The position numbers were made by a program, and so were the translations under genes. From an uncultured Candidatus Saccharibacteria bacterium (GTDB taxonomy: Bacteria; Patescibacteriota; Dojkabacteria; CAZCSM01), in contig CAZCSM010000003.1 of the NCBI GenBank assembly GCA_964501355.1, forward strand, positions 1,660 to 65,659: a DNA stretch of 64,000 nt, written 5' to 3'. The notes beneath the pieces were generated by a model. That model saw only the letters and a list, made by a program, of their open reading frames with translations. It was not told where the DNA came from and searched no databases. The stretch's first letter is position 1; each line of letters starts with the position of its first letter. Below are positions 58,217-64,000 of this stretch, piece by piece.

Positions 58217-59236
58217 TTAGTCTTCAATTGTCTGTATTGGATTGGTAGCTGGATATATTATTGTTGCCGATACATCTTCACTTTGATTTGTAACTACATC
58301 TCCGGTCATAACAAATACAGGAACAAGAAGTGTTCCGGTTTCAGTTTCTTTTATCTGATATACTAAATTAAGATTAGTTATCTTCGTATATGTAATATTC
58401 CCCACAATTTCCGTTGGGTGGGAATGAAGTTCTTCTTGGCTAGTTGGTGATATTTCTAATGCGAGAATAGTGATTCGACCAAGTTCATTTATCTGTTTTA
58501 TTGACAAGCTTGAGAGTTCCTTTTTTGATAAGATATTAACGGAATCTATCTTATCTACATTTAAAATATCAAGATTCGAGACTTGGACAAAATACACCTG
58601 TAATTCACTATTAATGTCTACGCTGATTGGAATCGATAAACTTAGATCCTTGAATACTTCGTAATCATCTAATTTTCGATGACAAGTAAACTGGAAATAT
58701 GTTGTTTTTGATTCCGTTTTACATGTCAATTGTAGGTTGTCTACATCCAGTGCAAAAGTTTGTAGTAGAAAACTTTTGGCAATTTCGTTTGCTGAAGACT
58801 CTAGATTCATGTCCGCGCCTTGCTCTGCTTTATATTTCTTGCTGCCAAGTGTGTATTTTTTCACATCTTTTTCCTTTACAAATATCCAGTCATCGTTTTC
58901 CAATTCTTCATAATTTATATTTTGAACCTTTGGCGTTAGCATCAATGTTTTCTCTAGGTCCGTAAAATCGAATGGATTAGTTTGATAAATGCCCATTACT
59001 TGTGGTATTACCAAAGAGTCCGCATCATTAAATTCAATATTTCCCTTGAGATTTTCTTTTACGAGGTTATCACTTTTTTCTGAGATGTTAATATAATCCT
59101 CAATCTCGGATTGTTGTCTTAACTCTAAACCGTTATTTTTACGAGATTGAAGAAGCGTTATTGCAAGAATAAGCACCAATATACAATAACTAGAAATTAT
59201 TAGAATTTTTTGTTTTTGTGTTAAGTTTTTTAACAT
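58217..59236 (-). CDS. Membrane-anchored hypothetical protein
   Basis: N-terminal TM; start overlaps the upstream gene's stop by 1 bp. Confidence 0.7.
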   Translation of the reverse strand: MLKNLTQKQKILIISSYCILVLILAITLLQSRKNNGLELRQQSEIEDYINISEKSDNLVKENLKGNIEFNDADSLVIPQVMGIYQTNPFDFTDLEKTLMLTPKVQNINYEELENDDWIFVKEKDVKKYTLGSKKYKAEQGADMNLESSANEIAKSFLLQTFALDVDNLQLTCKTESKTTYFQFTCHRKLDDYEVFKDLSLSIPISVDINSELQVYFVQVSNLDILNVDKIDSVNILSKKELSSLSIKQINELGRITILALEISPTSQEELHSHPTEIVGNITYTKITNLNLVYQIKETETGTLLVPVFVMTGDVVTNQSEDVSATIIYPATNPIQTIED

Positions 59237-62200
59237 TAGTAATTATAGCTATGATCCCAATTATTTTTTGCTGCTTGGCAATTTTGATCAATAAAGTCTA
59301 TTATTGCTTTGCATGGTGGCGTGCCTGTGTAAATTCCAAAGTGTAGATGCGGACCTGTCCACCAGGTTCCTTGCGCAACGCCATTCTTGGGATATAAACC
59401 AGTTCTTCCACCTGGGTTCTGATAACAAGTGTCGATAGTTGGATCTCCCATCGCACCGTCCCAAAGCCAACCAATGAGCTGTCCTTCTACAACGGTATCT
59501 CCAACTTTCAATTCCTTACCATTTACATAAAAATGATCAAATGAGTTAGTGTCAAATCCCAAGTGCCAATATGCATAATTTACACCACTATTATCAACGA
59601 TATCAACCACAAATCCACCATCAAAACAACCTCCTTCGCTTAATCTCCCCTCGTCCGTTAAATCCTTTGGACTTCGCAGCCTAGCAATTCTGCCATTGAC
59701 CGATGAATAGACTTCAGAATTTGCTGCTGCTGCAAAATCTATTGCACTCGTTGGGTGACAAGCTGCACTAGGTACACTATATGGTACATTTATCGGACAT
59801 TTTCCTCCTGGACCTGTTATGTTTCCATCTTTATCTATACAGACTGTATCTGAGTATGATAGTGTATCTCCACCATCAATTTGTCCAATTATCTTGCCCG
59901 TATTACACATCTTTTCACTAGGCATGGAGGATATCCAATCGGGAAAAGTTTTGCTGCTTGTATTAAATTTTATTTCAAGGTTGTTTTCTTCTCCGACGGC
60001 GAGGGTCTTCTCCTGTTGGGTGAGTGTTATAATGCTTTCGGCACGATTATCCGAGACTGTTTCTCCGTTAAGAATTTCGTAGGTTATATCATTTTGCATC
60101 GCGTTATCTTTGACTGAAAGCACATCTTCAAAGTGTATTGTCATATTTCTATTTTCGTCATCACTATTGCTGACATGTATTTTGTAAGTTATAGATTTTT
60201 TATCTGAGGAAAAGCCTGTTGTCGACTTGGAAAAATCTTTTATAGATGTTGGTATGTTTATTGTTCCTCCAGGACCCTCTGCATGTTCTCCGCTTCCTCC
60301 GCTTGCCATATACGTTGCTGATGCTAGTGATGAGTTCTGTACTGTTGAAAAAGTGAATACTCCTGCGAGGGCTAACATGAAAGCACCTGTTGCCACATCA
60401 GCAAGATCTCTGCTGAAAAGAAACTTAATTGCCTGGATAATATTCATTGCATTTCCGAGTATGTTCATTCCTGCGGCTATATTGGAGCTGATATTTTTAA
60501 ACATGTTGAGATTCTTCTCCATCCAGTTGCCGATCCAGCCACCAATTAACCCTCCGGGTATTGCGCCGACAATAGCTCCAATTATTGCACCGATTGCAGT
60601 TCCTAGAACTGGAAAGAGAGTGGTTCCAATGAAAGAACCTAGCAATACACCACCCGCAATTCCTCCAAGCGCACCACCAACCATTCCTCCTGCGATTCCT
60701 CCGATTGTTCCAAAGGCGAGCATTCCAACAATAGCTCCAACAATCATACCTATTTTGGCATAAGTTCCTATTGCTCCTCCAAAGACCGAATTTGCAAATC
60801 TTTTTGAAACGAAGTCAAGTAAGAACTTCCCTCCAGAAACCGCCGTATTGTAAATAGTGATTGCACCCTGTACCGCTCCGATAAGTGTAAATGCCGTACT
60901 TGCAAATGGTATTGCTCCTCCGAAATGTGCTTCCTTCCATTCATCCCATTCTTTCCCTCCTGCTTGAAATGCTTCAATACCGCTTTTAATTAAACCCATT
61001 CCAACTGCGACATTCACTCCTCCCATAAACATCGTGCCTGCGCCTTTCGCAACGCCTGATATCGCATTCATGGTTCCTTGCCATTTTGCCATACTGTGTT
61101 CAACCCAAGATGCTAAGTGTTCGTATCCAACAGAAACAACCATAGTTCCTCCGGCGGCAAGGGCTGCTGTAAATATATTTCCTGTTAACATATATACCAG
61201 ACCGAATACATTTGTCGCTCGTCCGAATCCTTTGAGCACACCTCGGATGTTTGCATGGTTAGAGAGGAATTTGGCAAGATTCCCACTTCGCATTTTATAT
61301 CCCATCTTCTCAACAGAGCCCACTTTTTCTATTACAGTAGCCTTTGTCTCATAGATAAGTCTTTCTAACCCAAAAGGTAATTTAGGAACTTTCGCCATAT
61401 TAGCACTCCCAAATATCTGTGCTGAATCAATGTGGCTTTTGTAAAGCAGCTTGCCTAGCGTATCTAACCCTTCAAACTTTGATGCAAAAAAATCATTGCT
61501 TGCAGCCAGTGAAGCGAAGTTCATTAGTCCATTAGGTACAGCTACCGCTGCTGCCGCAATTCCCATCATCCATGGACTATTAAAAGCTAGACCCACAATT
61601 GCTGCTGGTACTATGGATTGTCCTAACGTTTTGACAAGTGTTCCGCCAATTCCCCAACCGGTTTTTATCCAATTACCTAGGTTTCTTAATCCTTGTTGAG
61701 ATAGAACACCCCCTGTTTCAGGTAAGATTTTTGAATAAATGTTTTGTGGAATTTGAGCAAATCTTCGGACTTGTGTCGCAATTTGTGTAAATTGCTTTAC
61801 TCTTCCTACGACAAGGTCTCCAACCAGGTTGACCATAACACCCGTAGCCATACGAATAGCAATCTCGAAGATTCCCATTCGTTTCTTCTGTCGTTCGGAC
61901 TGAAAAATGCCTTTGAACACTCTTGGCTCCCAGATCTTCTTTTCATACTTTCCCGTCGCAGAATCGTACTTCCAAACTCTTATGTTTCTATTTCGCAAGA
62001 ATCTATCCAGTATTCCGGGCATTTGCTCGTTCCCGACAAGAAACTCAAATCCTGTTTCAACTGATTGTCCCAAGATGTACGCAGTTCTTGGAATCATCAT
62101 ATTTGTCATTGGATCATAGACAAACAGCGGTGCAAGCAAATTCTTCTTCATGAAGGTTTTTGCCATCTCCGCCAGTTGTTTAGGATCCAATTGTTTGAAT

Positions 62201-64000
62201 TTTGGCAATAGACTGTTTCTTTGATGTAGGATGCCATTAGTAACATCAAATGCTTGTCTCGCTCCGGGAATCATATTTAGCATCATGTTTCCGACAGAGT
62301 TGTAGTACCAGGTAACGGGGTAGGTCAGTGGGTCATTTGCAAACTGCTGAATTTGATTTCGAATAGCGATTGCCTGAGCCATATTCCCAGTTCGAACCTG
62401 GTATTCATAGGCGTCTTCAGCATCGAGGTAAACTGTACGGACGGTATTGCCCGGAGCTGCCATTTGAATTTTTATCCTAATGCCGTTAGGACCCCGGATT
62501 ATCTCCGCCTGATTGTTCGGAGCGTCGGAGAAACCGTCCTGCTTAAGGAACTTGCCGGCAAGGAATGCTCCCACATCTTCTGCGACACCATCAACGGCAT
62601 CTCGTATCTCTATCAGTTCTTGTGCTTTTGCTGCACCGTCTGCGCCGGAGGCTCTTAAATTTGCTATTTCAGTATCAAAATCTTCTTGGGTCATTGTTCC
62701 CCAATATTCCGGTGCAAAACCCCTGTCCTCATACGCTCTCCATCCTTTATAATACGCGTTGAATTCTTTTTCTCCCTCTTTTCCTTTGTAGGGCATTTCT
62801 ACTGCATGGAATCCATACTGAACGTACATGTTTCCGATTCCTCCTAAAACCATTCTTCTTGCATCTTCGACTGTGATTAGAGGCTTCTTATCATCATCTG
62901 CTAATTGTGCATTATTTGCTATTATTCGTGCATTTGTCGCTTCAAATGTAGCATAAATCAATCCCTTTAGGGCATCAAATTTTTGATTTCCTGTTTTCGG
63001 ATCAGTTGAATAACAGCCTGCAATTTGATCATCTGTAGCACCGAGGGCTCTCAGCATACTTACTTCATTGACGGCTGTTCCTAAATGTTTTCTAAAATAT
63101 TTCTCAAGTGTAGATGAATACTTCGCTGCCCAGTCTTTTGCTAAATCGCTTGCGAAAGAACTTCTTCTGGATTCTCCTTCTTTGTCTGCATAGAAGGCTT
63201 CATAGAGGCGGGCTTTTTTACGAACATCCTGCGATAGTTTGTTTCTAGCTCCTCCGACACTTTGGCCTTCTAACTCAAGTACTCCTCCAAGTTTTTTCCC
63301 TAGTCCGTAAATATCATTGAATATCATATTTCCTCGTACGGCTGCGGCAAAAGCTTCCCTTGCCAATTCCGCATTCTCTCTGTCTAACGCCGCAATGGTT
63401 CCTCCTCCCTTTGTTTTTGTATCAACTAAACCACTCATGTCTTTGTGGGTAGTTCGTGCGAATATTTTATCTTCTGATATCCTCCCATCGCCATCAAGAA
63501 GAGTTGTTCCGCTTACTTCAACGGTTTCCTTTTTTCCGGTAATTGGATCAATTATGTATTGAGGTATTGTTGAATATTGTAGTACTAGGAATTGACCCTC
63601 TATGGTCATATTCCAGGGTTTTCTTTCTGCGCCCTTTGAACCGGCAGATCGAAACTTTTGACTACAGTTGCGAGCCATCGTTGGCTTAGTTTCAAGCCTT
63701 GTAATAAAGTCAACCTCTTCTGGTGTTGGTTCTTTTGGAAGAGGGGTTGTAGGTCCTTTCTTTGATCCGGCAGGAAGTACGGGTGCTGCTGGCAATACAG
63801 GAATAAACACTCTCTCTTCTTTCCAGGTTTCCTCTTTAAGTTTTTGCTGGAAAGATGCCCTAATTAGGTCAATATTTCTTTTTGTATATTTTGACTGTAC
63901 AAGATTTTCTGCATGTTCCTGTACGAATCGCCCTCCGCTTGTTCTTGGATTTTCTCTCCAGATAGAGTCGAGGACATCGACGATCTTTTTATTATTCGGG
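59236..64000 (-). CDS. Very large multi-TM, glycine-zipper protein with a C-terminal M23-like peptidase domain (5'-truncated)
   Basis: Frame is open to the window end; GxxxG-rich hydrophobic region; H....IDF, Y.HL, VGD.V..GQ.IG, TGPHLHF. Confidence 0.75.
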   Translation of the reverse strand, partial: PNNKKIVDVLDSIWRENPRTSGGRFVQEHAENLVQSKYTKRNIDLIRASFQQKLKEETWKEERVFIPVLPAAPVLPAGSKKGPTTPLPKEPTPEEVDFITRLETKPTMARNCSQKFRSAGSKGAERKPWNMTIEGQFLVLQYSTIPQYIIDPITGKKETVEVSGTTLLDGDGRISEDKIFARTTHKDMSGLVDTKTKGGGTIAALDRENAELAREAFAAAVRGNMIFNDIYGLGKKLGGVLELEGQSVGGARNKLSQDVRKKARLYEAFYADKEGESRRSSFASDLAKDWAAKYSSTLEKYFRKHLGTAVNEVSMLRALGATDDQIAGCYSTDPKTGNQKFDALKGLIYATFEATNARIIANNAQLADDDKKPLITVEDARRMVLGGIGNMYVQYGFHAVEMPYKGKEGEKEFNAYYKGWRAYEDRGFAPEYWGTMTQEDFDTEIANLRASGADGAAKAQELIEIRDAVDGVAEDVGAFLAGKFLKQDGFSDAPNNQAEIIRGPNGIRIKIQMAAPGNTVRTVYLDAEDAYEYQVRTGNMAQAIAIRNQIQQFANDPLTYPVTWYYNSVGNMMLNMIPGARQAFDVTNGILHQRNSLLPKFKQLDPKQLAEMAKTFMKKNLLAPLFVYDPMTNMMIPRTAYILGQSVETGFEFLVGNEQMPGILDRFLRNRNIRVWKYDSATGKYEKKIWEPRVFKGIFQSERQKKRMGIFEIAIRMATGVMVNLVGDLVVGRVKQFTQIATQVRRFAQIPQNIYSKILPETGGVLSQQGLRNLGNWIKTGWGIGGTLVKTLGQSIVPAAIVGLAFNSPWMMGIAAAAVAVPNGLMNFASLAASNDFFASKFEGLDTLGKLLYKSHIDSAQIFGSANMAKVPKLPFGLERLIYETKATVIEKVGSVEKMGYKMRSGNLAKFLSNHANIRGVLKGFGRATNVFGLVYMLTGNIFTAALAAGGTMVVSVGYEHLASWVEHSMAKWQGTMNAISGVAKGAGTMFMGGVNVAVGMGLIKSGIEAFQAGGKEWDEWKEAHFGGAIPFASTAFTLIGAVQGAITIYNTAVSGGKFLLDFVSKRFANSVFGGAIGTYAKIGMIVGAIVGMLAFGTIGGIAGGMVGGALGGIAGGVLLGSFIGTTLFPVLGTAIGAIIGAIVGAIPGGLIGGWIGNWMEKNLNMFKNISSNIAAGMNILGNAMNIIQAIKFLFSRDLADVATGAFMLALAGVFTFSTVQNSSLASATYMASGGSGEHAEGPGGTINIPTSIKDFSKSTTGFSSDKKSITYKIHVSNSDDENRNMTIHFEDVLSVKDNAMQNDITYEILNGETVSDNRAESIITLTQQEKTLAVGEENNLEIKFNTSSKTFPDWISSMPSEKMCNTGKIIGQIDGGDTLSYSDTVCIDKDGNITGPGGKCPINVPYSVPSAACHPTSAIDFAAAANSEVYSSVNGRIARLRSPKDLTDEGRLSEGGCFDGGFVVDIVDNSGVNYAYWHLGFDTNSFDHFYVNGKELKVGDTVVEGQLIGWLWDGAMGDPTIDTCYQNPGGRTGLYPKNGVAQGTWWTGPHLHFGIYTGTPPCKAIIDFIDQNCQAAKNNWDHSYNY

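Noticed and set aside
1-64000. Second DGR target or CRISPR array
   Set aside because: By eye I found no other copy of the TR 3' end (AGGTGTGTAGCGAGG) and no regularly spaced identical repeats with unique spacers. Remote targets outside the window cannot be excluded.
1-64000. Alternative genetic code (UGA = Gly, as in Gracilibacteria/Absconditabacteria)
   Set aside because: Long conserved genes are intact under code 11, and several end at TGA in the expected place (for example the DGR target, RT and RNase HI).

Overview
AT-rich chromosomal segment that looks like a Patescibacteria (CPR) genome. This is an inference from gene content, the protein families present and the scarcity of Shine-Dalgarno sites; genes use the standard code (TGA stops). 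Housekeeping genes: hrcA-grpE-dnaK with tandem CIRCE sites, lepA, rpsT, RNase HI, tgt, queA, fmt, argS, comM, tRNA-Ser(GGA) and RNase P RNA. These are interspersed with many surface-protein genes and a dense set of small palindromic repeats. The main element is a complete diversity-generating retroelement (DGR, about 23.1-26.1 kb) with a non-canonical layout. The target and template repeat (TR) are on +, RT then avd converge from -, and TR appears to lie in its own promoter-driven, highly base-paired RNA. The cassette is bracketed by about 110-bp direct repeats. Other notable items: a five-copy structured repeat with compensatory base changes; an ArgRS fused to a B3/4 editing domain, under T-box control and carrying in-frame repeat insertions; a WxL-like surface operon with a four-helix-bundle gene fused in frame; and a heliorhodopsin. 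All calls come from reading the sequence; no searches or folding programs were run.
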